A stretch of 64,000 bases of DNA, taken from NCBI GenBank assembly GCA_965216565.1, contig OZ244170.1, forward strand, positions 4,032,001 to 4,096,000. The letters run 5' to 3'. This DNA comes from Bythopirellula sp. (GTDB lineage Bacteria; Planctomycetota; Planctomycetia; Pirellulales; Lacipirellulaceae). Below the pieces are notes generated by a model that searched no databases, was not told the origin of the DNA, and saw nothing but the letters and a program-made list of their open reading frames with translations. Both the position numbers and the translations under genes were made by a program. Below, one piece after another: positions 1 through 9,682 of the stretch (the first letter of the stretch is position 1; the number at the start of each line of letters is the position of its first letter).

Positions 1-82
1 GGCAAACAGATTACGGAGCGGCGTGCGGCGTAGTCTTGAATATGGGAATTACTAGACCATAACGGATTCTGGGGAGAACACC

Positions 83-1054
83 GTGAAAGTTTCTGTCATC
101 CTAGCTACTTACAACGAACCAAAGTGGCTTGCGAAAGTCATTCGGGGCTACGCGGCGCAGACACACCGAGATTTTGAACTCGTGATCGCCGATGATGGAT
201 CGACTGCCGACACGGCGGAAGCAATCGAACGCCTGCGGAACGAAACAGGCCTCACCATTCTGCACGTTTGGCACAAGGACGATGGATTTCGCAAGTGTAG
301 AATCTTGAACAAGGCGATCGAGGCTGCCACGAGCGACTACCTCGTCTTTTCCGACGGCGACTGCATCCCTCGCGAAGACTTTCTAGAAGCCCATGTTCGG
401 CATGCTGCCCCAGGTCGGTTTCTTTCTGGAGGATTGGTTCGCCTGCCGATGGATGTGAGCCACAAGATTTCGGCGGAAGATATCGAAGAGCAACGGGCCA
501 CCGATTATTCCTGGCTTCGCAACAAAGGGATGTCCTGGAACAAGAAATGTCTGATGCTGGTGAAGTCGAAATGGCAAGCCAGATTGCTCGACTTCCTCAC
601 CACGACCCGCGCCTCTTGGAACGGTCACAACGCCTCGGGGTGGAAGAAAGACATCCTCGAAGTCAACGGTTTCGACGAGCGGATGGGTTATGGAGGAGAA
701 GATCGCGAACTAGGCCTGCGACTGATGAACAAAGGAATCGAGCCCTATCAGCTCCGTCACCGTGCCGTATGTGTACACCTGGACCACAAGCGGGGCTACG
801 TCCACCAAGATATTCTTGCCTGGAACCAAGAGCATCGCACGATGGTGTCGAGAATGCGACTCACGTGGACCAGGTTCGGCATCGCGGCTGCTCAAGAAGA
901 GGCCACGGGCGGCATGATTCTCCGGTTCCCCACGCAGCAGGACGAGGCAGTGGTTCTTGGCGCCGAGTCGACAACCCAGTCCACAGCCGACGGCATGATC
1001 GTGAAGTTCCCCGAACGGGAAGAGCAGCAACAGTCCGCACGCAAGGCCGCCTAG
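83..1054 (+). CDS. Glycosyltransferase family 2 (with galactosyltransferase-like C-terminal part)
   Basis: VSVILATYN start, VIADDGS, FSDGDC (DxD), NGFDERMGYGGEDRELG motifs; low-complexity acidic tail ending RKAA. Confidence 0.9.
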   Translation: MKVSVILATYNEPKWLAKVIRGYAAQTHRDFELVIADDGSTADTAEAIERLRNETGLTILHVWHKDDGFRKCRILNKAIEAATSDYLVFSDGDCIPREDFLEAHVRHAAPGRFLSGGLVRLPMDVSHKISAEDIEEQRATDYSWLRNKGMSWNKKCLMLVKSKWQARLLDFLTTTRASWNGHNASGWKKDILEVNGFDERMGYGGEDRELGLRLMNKGIEPYQLRHRAVCVHLDHKRGYVHQDILAWNQEHRTMVSRMRLTWTRFGIAAAQEEATGGMILRFPTQQDEAVVLGAESTTQSTADGMIVKFPEREEQQQSARKAA

Positions 1055-1171
1055 GTGGTAACGCCCAGATTAGCGAGAATCAGCCAAATCGAGGTGCACT
1101 TCTGGTTGAGTCTAAGCCCGTCTCTAGCCTGCACGAACCGATGAAGCCGAGACGAAGTCAAGTTAGCTGTG

Positions 1172-1258
1172 GTAGGGTGGCGCCGTCAGGCCCACCGTGA
1201 GTGAGATTCTGACGTCGTCACTCTCGGTGTGCCGCCGCGTTGCTATGGCACACCCTAC
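1172..1258. repeat. Inverted pair of GTAG-type REP-like palindromes (REP doublet)
   Basis: GTAG-GGTGG..CCACC hairpin at 1172-1196; on the minus strand GTAG-GGTGTGCC-ATAGCAACGCGGC-GGCACACC at 1226-1258. Confidence 0.65.
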
Positions 1259-1270
1259 GTACTACGTACT
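1199..1270 (+). repeat. 72-bp direct repeat, copy 1 (copy 2 at 2202-2273)
   Basis: GAGTGAGATT...TGTGCCGCCGCGTTGCTATGGCACAC(C/T)CTACGTACTACGTACT is found on both sides of the LRR gene. Confidence 0.85.
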
Positions 1271-1290
1271 TCGCAATGTACAGATGGCAG

Positions 1291-2064
1291 TCAATTGCCA
1301 AAATGGATCGATTGATGAATCCTGCAATTGGGAAGTGTTTGCCTTAGCTCTTGCACTTGTTCATCACTTACTGGCGTGCCATAGAGATGAAGCGACCTAA
1401 GATTCCTCAGTTGCACCAATTGGGATATGTCGTTCACCTGCGTGTTCATGAGGTAGAGCACTTTGAGATTCGTCAACTTTTCCAGGGGGGATAGATCGCT
1501 CACCCGCGTGTTGACGAGCACTAGGGACTTGAGGTTCTTCATCTCCGCCAGGGGCATGAGATCACTCACCTGGGTGTTGTCAAGATGAAGTGTAGTGAGA
1601 TACTTCATGTCAGCTAAGGGCGACAGATCACTCACCGGTGTGTTCGAGAGGTAAAGCCATGTGAGCTTCTTTAAGTCCGCTAGCGGTGACAGATCTCTGA
1701 CCGCTGTGTTGCTAAGGTTTACCCATGGTACCCTCTCGCCGAACCACTGTTCCTTCGTTTTTTCCCACGAGCTTTTGTTGATTTGAAAATCGACAATAGT
1801 ATTTTGGTAATGGGAACTGATGTAAACTTTGCCGCCCAGCTTGTTGACCCAAACAGCCACACTTTGCTCTTTACGTATTTGCTCCAGTTCCCAACAGATC
1901 CAGCCAAGCAGAATGGACAAGACGGTAACAACGATCAGCAGCGTCCGCACACGAAATCGGAGCCAGCGACGGCGGAGCTTGGCAGTTTTCTCAGTATCTT
2001 TGTGCATAGCATCATCGTAGCCCTGAGTATTCTGATTAGCTATGTCTGAAACGACGACATTCAT
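1291..2064 (-). CDS. Leucine-rich repeat (internalin-like) membrane-anchored protein
   Basis: RRWLRFRVRTLL followed by a TM helix, then about six 22-aa LxxLxLxNTxVSDLSPL repeats; alternative start ATG 2007. Confidence 0.85.
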   Translation of the reverse strand: MNVVVSDIANQNTQGYDDAMHKDTEKTAKLRRRWLRFRVRTLLIVVTVLSILLGWICWELEQIRKEQSVAVWVNKLGGKVYISSHYQNTIVDFQINKSSWEKTKEQWFGERVPWVNLSNTAVRDLSPLADLKKLTWLYLSNTPVSDLSPLADMKYLTTLHLDNTQVSDLMPLAEMKNLKSLVLVNTRVSDLSPLEKLTNLKVLYLMNTQVNDISQLVQLRNLRSLHLYGTPVSDEQVQELRQTLPNCRIHQSIHFGN

Positions 2065-2201
2065 GTTGCTCTAACTGCCAACAGGCACATCGACCGACGG
2101 CTTGAAATACCGCGGGTGGCACCGACTGTCGGTGTTGCCATAGGCCCATAGAAGGCAACCAGGCGTAAAATGCTGAGGCACTTACGGGCTGTGTCGAAAC
2201 A

Positions 2202-2273
2202 GAGTGAGATTGTGCCATCGTCCCCCTCGTTGTGCCGCCGCGTTGCTATGGCACACTCTACGTACTACGTACT
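2202..2273 (+). repeat. 72-bp direct repeat, copy 2 (contains a REP-like hairpin)
   Basis: Aligns without gaps to 1199-1270; the 3' 43 nt have a single mismatch. Confidence 0.85.
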
Positions 2274-2295
2274 ATTGAATTGTTCAACCCATGTT

Positions 2296-2378
2296 ACGCC
2301 GAAGGCGTTGAACTCTTCAGCCCAGGGTTGATCGCGAAGCGATCTACCCTGGGCTATGGTATGTATCCCCTTCGGGGA
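2296..2378. repeat. Structured palindromic element (three stem-loops), REP-like
   Basis: ACGCC-GAA-GGCGT; AGCCCAGGGT-T-GATCGC-GAA-GCGATC-T-ACCCTGGGCT; TCCCC-TTC-GGGGA. Confidence 0.6.
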
Positions 2379-2711
2379 ATGTCCATGCTCAAGGCGTGAG
2401 ATGACGAGACTCTTACAGGCTGTGTCGAAACAGTAGAAATAACAATCTCTTCTGATGTTCGAATTCGAGAAGACTCCACGAGCGAGTGACTCTTCTGCGT
2501 TGGATTAAGAGGTCATAGCCAGCGACTTTGTGGGACCCCTACTCGCAGTGCAAAATTAAATTGCGAGTTGCAACCTACGCCCGTCTTTCCGAGGTCTGCC
2601 GAGAAACTTAGGGCATTACCAGTGTTCGCGTTCCGCTTGGCCGTGTACGTTTCGCGGTATGTTGGCAGACACCGCCAACAACATAGCAGGACGAAAATGT
2701 GAAAAAGTCTG

Positions 2712-4715
2712 CTACGCTGCTTTGCCGTAGGCGATGTTCGTGAGCCGTTGGTAAAGTTCGCAGCTTTCTGCCAACTCGTCGTGGGTGCCGATTTGCGAGA
2801 TCTTGCCGTTTTCCATCACGACAATTCGGTCGGCCAAAGATACGGTCCGCATCCGGTGCGTCACCAAGAGTGCCGTCCGATCGGCTAGAAACTCTTCTAG
2901 CACTTGATGAATCAGTTGCTCACTCTCCAAATCGACCTGGCTGGTGGCCTCGTCGAGCAGCACGATTTCTGGATCGCGTAGAATTGCCCTGGCCAGTGCA
3001 ATCCGTTGCCGCTGACCGCCCGAGAGTCGATTGCCGGCCGGTCCCACGATGGTTTCGAACCCATCGGAAAGTTCGTTGGTGATAAACTCATAGGCTTGCG
3101 CCTTGCGAGCAGCGGATTCAATCTCCTCTTGCGTTGCCTCTGGCGAACCGTAGGAAATGTTGAACGCAACCGACTCGTTGACCATGGGCGTTTCTTGACT
3201 GACGATGCCCATCCGCTGACGAATAGTGTGAAGACTCACGTCGCGGAGATCGACGCCATCGATGCAGATTGCACCAGAGTGGGGATCGTAAAACCGCGGC
3301 AGCAGATTGAGCAGTGTCGACTTGCCAGAACCATTCGGTCCAAGAATGGCAATTGTTTCGCCCGCTTTCACACGGAGATCGATGCCCTCCAAGAGCGGCG
3401 TCTCTGGCATGTAGTGAAACGCCACGTTGTTGAAGTGAATCGATTTCTTCAATGGGCCTAGATGTTTTGGTTGAGCTGGGTCGAGCAACTGAGGTTCCCG
3501 GTCGAGGACCTCGTACAAACGGTCCGACGCTGCGACGCTTTGCTGGATACGGTTCAACAGTGCTGAGAGCCGTCGCGCGGGGTCGGAAATGCCAGCCATC
3601 ATGGCGAAGAACACACTCATCAAGCCATGTGTTAACGGTACATCGCTGATTTTGATGCCAAACAAATGGGTGTGGTGCGTGAGGACCAGATAGCCGCCGG
3701 CGAGCGCCGTCAGCAGGATCATAATCACGCCTAGTAGCTCAGTCAGTGGACTCACCAGCGAACTGTAGCGAGCCGTTTTCATCTGACAGTCGTAATAGAC
3801 TTTAGCAGACTTTTCGAACCGCTTTTGCTCGGTCTCTTCCATGGTGAACGACTTGATGAGCTTCACGGTGCTCATGGTTTCGGTGAGTGTCTCGAAAATG
3901 CCGGACAGCTCGTGCATCGCCTTGCGATGGGCTCGCTTGAGCGATTTGGCAAGCCACATCACCGTGTAGCCGGCGATGGGAGCAAACAGTAGCGTTAGCA
4001 GCAGCAAACGCCAGCTCACCGTGGCCGCAACGATCAGGCAGGTGATCATTTTCAATGGTTCTAACAACGTGGCACCAAAAACCGTTCGCACGCCAGAGTA
4101 GACCCACGTGAGATCGGTGGTGCACCGATTCATCAGATCGCCACGGCCCTGCTCATTGAAGCTGGCCATGTCGAGCGAGAGGAGTTTCCGGTGAAACTCT
4201 TTCCGCAAGTCGAGGCTGACCGTGCAGCCGAGCCGTGCTACGAATAACACATTGATGATCCGAAACATACTGCGGAGCAGCGTGCCTGCAAACACAAAGA
4301 TCACTACGAGCACGAGTGTCTCGAACGTCGAAGTTGGAAGGTATTTGTGCGCATATGGAGACGCCCAGCGATACCGTTGCACATACTCCGCGTGGATATT
4401 CTCCTGATGTTGATGCTCCTTAATGTCAGACTGCAAGAGCAAAGATTTCTGCGAGCCCTTCGGGGCACCTGCTAGTTTCTTTTCGAGAGATTCAATCTCA
4501 GCCTGATGCACTGCGACTTGCTCTTCGTGCTGAGCGAGCTGGTCGTCGACCCACTCGGGCAAAGCCCGATCGGTCATAATGACATCAACTACAGGGAAGA
4601 CTGCACTCAAATTCGCGGCCCAAAGAATGGCCACGCAGATCGCGCTAACAACACAGCCCAGGACGTTTAGCCTGTGTTTTAGTGCGAGACGCAGGACTCG
4701 CTGAAAGTTCTTCAT
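2712..4715 (-). CDS. ABC transporter permease/ATP-binding protein (MsbA-like exporter)
   Basis: Multiple TM helices, Walker A GPNGSGKS, signature LSGGQRQR, Walker B VLLDEATS; likely start ATG 4715 (MKNFQRVL), ORF open to 4787. Confidence 0.9.
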   Translation of the reverse strand: MKNFQRVLRLALKHRLNVLGCVVSAICVAILWAANLSAVFPVVDVIMTDRALPEWVDDQLAQHEEQVAVHQAEIESLEKKLAGAPKGSQKSLLLQSDIKEHQHQENIHAEYVQRYRWASPYAHKYLPTSTFETLVLVVIFVFAGTLLRSMFRIINVLFVARLGCTVSLDLRKEFHRKLLSLDMASFNEQGRGDLMNRCTTDLTWVYSGVRTVFGATLLEPLKMITCLIVAATVSWRLLLLTLLFAPIAGYTVMWLAKSLKRAHRKAMHELSGIFETLTETMSTVKLIKSFTMEETEQKRFEKSAKVYYDCQMKTARYSSLVSPLTELLGVIMILLTALAGGYLVLTHHTHLFGIKISDVPLTHGLMSVFFAMMAGISDPARRLSALLNRIQQSVAASDRLYEVLDREPQLLDPAQPKHLGPLKKSIHFNNVAFHYMPETPLLEGIDLRVKAGETIAILGPNGSGKSTLLNLLPRFYDPHSGAICIDGVDLRDVSLHTIRQRMGIVSQETPMVNESVAFNISYGSPEATQEEIESAARKAQAYEFITNELSDGFETIVGPAGNRLSGGQRQRIALARAILRDPEIVLLDEATSQVDLESEQLIHQVLEEFLADRTALLVTHRMRTVSLADRIVVMENGKISQIGTHDELAESCELYQRLTNIAYGKAA

Positions 4716-4963
4716 CGAGAATCGTTTTGCAATGGGGGAGGTGCGGGATATTGCACATTGCTTCGCAGCGTGTGCAGCCAGTTGCAAGACTTATTCACTA
4801 GGCAGAGCTTCTCTGCGAATAGCCTTCCTGCAAATGCGGCGAGGAGTGTAGCAAACCCACTACTAGCACCCAAGGGCATTGGGTAGCTAGCATCAGACCC
4901 GAGGCCGCTAGTTTTCAGCCAGTTTCCGGGTCCTGGTCAGCGGAAGATAGCATGCAGTCTGAA

Positions 4964-7900
4964 CTACACGTTTGTATAGAGCGACTGGACCTCGGCTGCA
5001 TCTACAGCTCGATCATAGATTTGCACATCATCCATCCCACCTGAGTAGGCCCGATATCCACCATGCTGCGCGCCCAAGGCTAAAGGTAGATTGTTCGTCG
5101 CGATCGTGAACTGCTCGTCCCGACTATTGTCGAGTTGACCATTGATATAGAGCTTGATCGAAGATCCGTCATACGTGGCGACCACGTGCATCCATTCGTT
5201 CCCATCGGTTGGATAAGTAACCGTACTGTTCAGGCGATAATCGTTCTTGTCACTTGCCTGGTTGAATCGCACAAAGACCTTGCCACTGGAACTGAGCGAG
5301 AGTTCGAAGCCGTCGGTTTCACCATGGTCGGCCTTCTTCACCAGATATTGGGTGCCCTTGGCGTCGGGGCGAATCCAGGTGGAAATCGTGATCTGCTGGT
5401 TCATGTCAAGCGAGGGAGTATCGGTGATTTCTACATAGTCTGACGTTCCATCAAATTGCATCGCACTACCCGTCGGACCGGCAACAACTTGAGGGCTACC
5501 ATTCACATTTCCGTGGTTCCCCTGCCCCGAAGAGTCTGTCAGTGTATTGCCGGAAGTGCTGTCGAGCGACCAGTGTCCGACAAGACCTGAAGAATTCGTA
5601 GGCAAGTTATTAACAGTAATGTTTACCTGATCGGAGCCGGTGAGCTGACCATCGTTGGCCGTGAGCTGGAGAACATAGCTCCCTGCAGCGGAGAACTGGG
5701 CGGTGGTCGTGGTGGAGCTATTGTTACCGAAGCTCACACTTCCAGGCCCGGAGACCACGGTCCAACTAGTCGAAAGGTTCCCCGGGCTGGGCAGCCCATC
5801 GTCACTGACTGAGCCAGAGAGGACAACCGACTGACCTAAGGTAATCGTCTGGTTGTTGCCCGCGTTGACCTGCGGAGCCTGGTTGGTGGGTGCCCCGGGG
5901 TTGACGGTGACGGTCACTTGATCAGACCCGGTAAGCTGGCCGTCGTTGGCCGTGAGCTGCAGAACATAGCTTCCCGCAGTGGAGAACTGGGCGGTAGTCG
6001 TGGTGGAGCTATTGTTACCGAAGCTCACACTCCCAGGCCCCGAGACCACCGTCCAGCTCGTGGTGAGATTCCCTGGGCTAGGCAATCCATCGTCGTTGGC
6101 CGAGCCTACGAGTACCACGGACTGCCCTAAGGTAATCGACTGGTTGCTGCCGGCATTGACCTGCGGCGCTTCGTTAATGGTGTTACCACCTGGTGAGAGA
6201 TAAGTTACTTCGAGCATGGGCCGATCCGAAGCATTGCCTGTCTCACGGGAGCTAAAGTCGATTCCATTGCTGGCATCGACATAGTCTTGGAAAATGAGAC
6301 CATGGTTCGAGGAAGGATCGTTCACCCAGCTCTGGACAACCGCAATCCCGGCACCGTTAAGAAGCAGCTCGTAGTTGCCCGAGCTACTGGCGGAGAGTTG
6401 CCCCAGGACGGTTGTCCCTCGGTCCGCTGCACTATCGGCTCCCTGGGAAGCCCAGGCAGCGCCACCGGCTGCTTGTTCCCAGGTGGCCGAGAGTTCATCC
6501 CAGGCCCGCTCCAGAGCATAGACTTCGTAGTCGTTGGACGTGGAGTTAGTGACGTTCAGTTCCAAACGGGCGGAGGTGACCGTACTTCCAACCGGAATCG
6601 CACTGACGTCCCAACCCAATAGGGCCGCTTGATCAGGCTTACCATCGACTTCCAGGCTCGAGCTGGAGCCGAAGTTCGAGTTCGACTCGTCACTCATGAT
6701 GTAGGTATCACGAGTGCCGTTGTAGTTGACGAAAGGGTAGATCCCATCCTGGAAGGCCATGGTCACCGGTCCCGAGCCATCGGTGACATTCACCGTCACT
6801 TGGTCCGACCCGGTGAGGAGTCCATCGTTGGCGGTAAGCTGCAAGACATAGTTACCCACCGTGGAAAACTGGGCCGAGGTGGACGCGGAGCCGCTATTGC
6901 CGAAGTTCACACTTCCAGGTCCCGAGACGACTGTCCAGCTAGTCGAGAGGTTCCCCGGGCTAGGCAGCCCATCGTCGCTCACGATGCCCGAGAGAGTGAT
7001 CGATTCGCCTAAGAGTACCGACTGATTATTACCGGCATTCACCTGTGGAGCCTGATTCGTAGGCAAGTTATTAACAGTAATGTTTACCTGATCGGAGCCG
7101 GTGAGCTGACCATCGTTGGCCGTGAGCTGGAGAACATAGCTCCCTGCAGCGGAGAACTGGGCGGTGGTCGTGGTGGAGCTATTGTTACCGAAGCTCACAC
7201 TTCCAGGCCCGGAGACCACGGTCCAACTAGTCGAAAGGTTCCCCGGGCTGGGCAGCCCATCGTCACTGACTGAGCCAGAGAGGACAACCGACTGACCTAA
7301 GGTAATCGTCTGGTTGTTGCCCGCGTTGACCTGCGGAGCCTGGTTGGTGGGTGCCCCGGGGTTGACGGTGACGGTCACTTGATCAGACCCGGTAAGCTGG
7401 CCGTCGTTGGCCGTGAGCTGCAGAACATAGCTTCCCGCAGTGGAGAACTGGGCGGTAGTCGTGGTGGAGCTATTGTTACCGAAGCTCACACTCCCAGGCC
7501 CCGAGACCACCGTCCAGCTCGTGGTGAGATTCCCTGGGCTAGGCAATCCATCGTCGTTGGCCGAGCCTACGAGTACCACGGACTGCCCTAAGGTAATCGA
7601 CTGGTTGCTGCCGGCATTGACCTGCGGCGCTTCGTTAATGGTGTTACCACCTGGTGAGAGATAAGTTACTTCGAGCATGGGCCGATCCGAAGCATTGCCT
7701 GTCTCACGGGAGCTAAAGTCGATTCCATTGCTGGCATCGACATAGTCTTGGAAAATGAGACCATGGTTCGAGGAAGGATCGTTCACCCAGCTCTGGACAA
7801 CCGCAATCCCGGCACCGTTAAGAAGCAGCTCGTAGTTGCCCGAGCTACTGGCGGAGAGTTGCCCCAGGACGGTTGTCCCTCGGTCCGCCGCACTATCGGC

Positions 7901-9682
7901 TCCCTGGGAAGCCCAGGCAGCGCCACCGGCTGCTTGTTCCCAGGTGGCCGAGAGTTCATCCCAGGCCCGCTCCAGAGCATAGACTTCGTAGTCGTTGGAC
8001 GTGGAGTTAGTGACGTTCAGTTCCAAACGGGCGGAGGTGACCGTACTTCCAACCGGAATCGCACTGACGTCCCAACCCAATAGGGCCGCTTGATCAGGCT
8101 TACCATCGACTTCCAGGCTCGAGCTGGAGCCGAAGTTCGAGTTCGACTCGTCACTCATGATGTAGGTATCACGAGTGCCGTTGTAGTTGACGAAAGGGTA
8201 GATCCCATCCTGGAAGGCCATGGTCACCGGTCCCGAGCCATCGGTGACATTCACCGTCACTTGGTCCGACCCGGTGAGGAGTCCATCGTTGGCGGTAAGC
8301 TGCAAGACATAGTTACCTACCGTGGAAAACTGGGCGGAGGTGGACGCGGAGCCGCTATTGCCGAAGTTCACACTTCCAGGTCCCGAGACCACGGTCCAGC
8401 TAGTCGAGAGGTTCCCCGGGCTAGGCAGCCCATCGTCGCTCACTATGCCCGAGAGAGTGATCGATTCGCCTAAGAGTACCGACTGATCGCTGCCTGCATT
8501 TACCTGTGGTGGTTCGTTGATATCAATCGATCCGAAACTGAATAACACTCCCTCGGCGCGGCTCCCACGCGAGGCGAGAACAACGACTTCATCGGTGAAG
8601 TTTTGCTTCGTGCTCGTTACGTTATTCAGCGACCCAGAGATCAGTGTTTCACTACTGCCAAACGAAATATTGTTTGTCGCAGTTTCCTTGTACAGAATGT
8701 CGCCGCCTGAGTCGGATTCAGTGTAGGCCACAATCAAGCGACCCGCATCTTCGTTGAGGATCACAATGGGCCGCGTCCCACTGCCGGCGACGTCGTACAT
8801 GTTGTCCCATTGGCCATTGGGTCTGCGCACGAGCAGGGCGATTTTCGTCTGCCCTCCGCCATCATAACTCGTTTTCACGGCCGCATAGAGCGTTCCATCT
8901 GAGGCAACCGCCACATTGAGGTGATCGTCGGCCATACCACCGCCTCTGTTTTGTGCTGATTGCGAGGCGGGAATTTCGTCTGCGGACCACTGATTAGGGT
9001 TTGTGCCATCTACATGGTAACGAAAACCAAAACGCTCGGTCGATTGATTCGACCACAGCACGCCCACCGTGTTATTGGGCATGGCAGTGATCACAGAAAT
9101 ATCGTCACCATCAATGTTCGAAGCCAGCACGATCGAGCTACTCCAATTCGAATACAACCCGTCGCTGTAACGAACTTCGACGCTATCGGATTGATCGAAA
9201 GCGATCCACATTCGACCCAGAGAGTCGATATCGATAGTAGCGGTCTCGATGCCGCCCGGCAGCCCCATGTCGACGAGAGTGGGCCTTTGATCCCACATGA
9301 CATAGCTGTTGAGATTTGCATCGTACTCGACTGAGGCCAATTGGGAATCGGAGCCATCTAGCAGGAGAATATGCGCGAGGTCGTCGATCGATTTTACATC
9401 GGCCTTGTAGCTGCTATTCGAGGTAAGTTGAGTCGTCTGTGTCCATTCATCGCCGTCTAGCCGCGAGATCCAAGTGCCGTCATTATCCGGAACAACGCTC
9501 CACCATTGGTTAGCATATGTCCAGATTTTAGATTGTGGTTTTTCTCCCGTGTTGATTGAGGAATCGATCGAAAGATCACCGATCGGCGCGATCGAAAGCA
9601 TCTCTTTCGACTCGAGATACTCGAATAGCAACCTGCGTGAGCCGAAAGCGGATTGACCATGCGACTTGCTGTTGTGGAACAT
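4964..9682 (-). CDS. Large surface/secreted protein: N-terminal propeller-like domain, 6 PKD-like repeats, 2 DNRLRE/CBM96-like domains, C-terminal LamG
   Basis: RRLLFEYLESKEMLS N-terminal motif; NxxPQVNAGxxQ...YVLQLTANDG repeats; RDTYI...FSSRE...RPMLEVTY domains; LVGHWSLD...WMHVVATYDG...MDDVQIYDRA LamG; ATG 9682 (or GTG 9688). Confidence 0.85.
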   Translation of the reverse strand: MFHNSKSHGQSAFGSRRLLFEYLESKEMLSIAPIGDLSIDSSINTGEKPQSKIWTYANQWWSVVPDNDGTWISRLDGDEWTQTTQLTSNSSYKADVKSIDDLAHILLLDGSDSQLASVEYDANLNSYVMWDQRPTLVDMGLPGGIETATIDIDSLGRMWIAFDQSDSVEVRYSDGLYSNWSSSIVLASNIDGDDISVITAMPNNTVGVLWSNQSTERFGFRYHVDGTNPNQWSADEIPASQSAQNRGGGMADDHLNVAVASDGTLYAAVKTSYDGGGQTKIALLVRRPNGQWDNMYDVAGSGTRPIVILNEDAGRLIVAYTESDSGGDILYKETATNNISFGSSETLISGSLNNVTSTKQNFTDEVVVLASRGSRAEGVLFSFGSIDINEPPQVNAGSDQSVLLGESITLSGIVSDDGLPSPGNLSTSWTVVSGPGSVNFGNSGSASTSAQFSTVGNYVLQLTANDGLLTGSDQVTVNVTDGSGPVTMAFQDGIYPFVNYNGTRDTYIMSDESNSNFGSSSSLEVDGKPDQAALLGWDVSAIPVGSTVTSARLELNVTNSTSNDYEVYALERAWDELSATWEQAAGGAAWASQGADSAADRGTTVLGQLSASSSGNYELLLNGAGIAVVQSWVNDPSSNHGLIFQDYVDASNGIDFSSRETGNASDRPMLEVTYLSPGGNTINEAPQVNAGSNQSITLGQSVVLVGSANDDGLPSPGNLTTSWTVVSGPGSVSFGNNSSTTTTAQFSTAGSYVLQLTANDGQLTGSDQVTVTVNPGAPTNQAPQVNAGNNQTITLGQSVVLSGSVSDDGLPSPGNLSTSWTVVSGPGSVSFGNNSSTTTTAQFSAAGSYVLQLTANDGQLTGSDQVNITVNNLPTNQAPQVNAGNNQSVLLGESITLSGIVSDDGLPSPGNLSTSWTVVSGPGSVNFGNSGSASTSAQFSTVGNYVLQLTANDGLLTGSDQVTVNVTDGSGPVTMAFQDGIYPFVNYNGTRDTYIMSDESNSNFGSSSSLEVDGKPDQAALLGWDVSAIPVGSTVTSARLELNVTNSTSNDYEVYALERAWDELSATWEQAAGGAAWASQGADSAADRGTTVLGQLSASSSGNYELLLNGAGIAVVQSWVNDPSSNHGLIFQDYVDASNGIDFSSRETGNASDRPMLEVTYLSPGGNTINEAPQVNAGSNQSITLGQSVVLVGSANDDGLPSPGNLTTSWTVVSGPGSVSFGNNSSTTTTAQFSTAGSYVLQLTANDGQLTGSDQVTVTVNPGAPTNQAPQVNAGNNQTITLGQSVVLSGSVSDDGLPSPGNLSTSWTVVSGPGSVSFGNNSSTTTTAQFSAAGSYVLQLTANDGQLTGSDQVNITVNNLPTNSSGLVGHWSLDSTSGNTLTDSSGQGNHGNVNGSPQVVAGPTGSAMQFDGTSDYVEITDTPSLDMNQQITISTWIRPDAKGTQYLVKKADHGETDGFELSLSSSGKVFVRFNQASDKNDYRLNSTVTYPTDGNEWMHVVATYDGSSIKLYINGQLDNSRDEQFTIATNNLPLALGAQHGGYRAYSGGMDDVQIYDRAVDAAEVQSLYTNV
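5594..8487. repeat. Intragenic tandem duplication, 1,461-bp period (5594-7026 and 7055-8487)
   Basis: Sequences match at an offset of 1461; the shadow ORFs also recur at that offset (5918/7379, 6287/7748); only a few synonymous differences. Confidence 0.95.

Noticed and set aside
547..1200. 217-aa Arg-rich ORF
   Set aside because: Alternative frame overlapping the GT2 gene; composition typical of off-frame translation
1172..2433. Integron cassette (attC) interpretation of the LRR region
   Set aside because: No convincing RYYYAAC/GTTRRRY-bounded attC sites and no integrase; hairpins fit REP-like elements better
2712..4715. ABC exporter as the missing ATPase of the TolC/HlyD/M50 cluster
   Set aside because: It is 7 kb away, separated by other genes, and looks like an MsbA-type lipid/glycan flippase with no C39 domain; not excluded but unsupported
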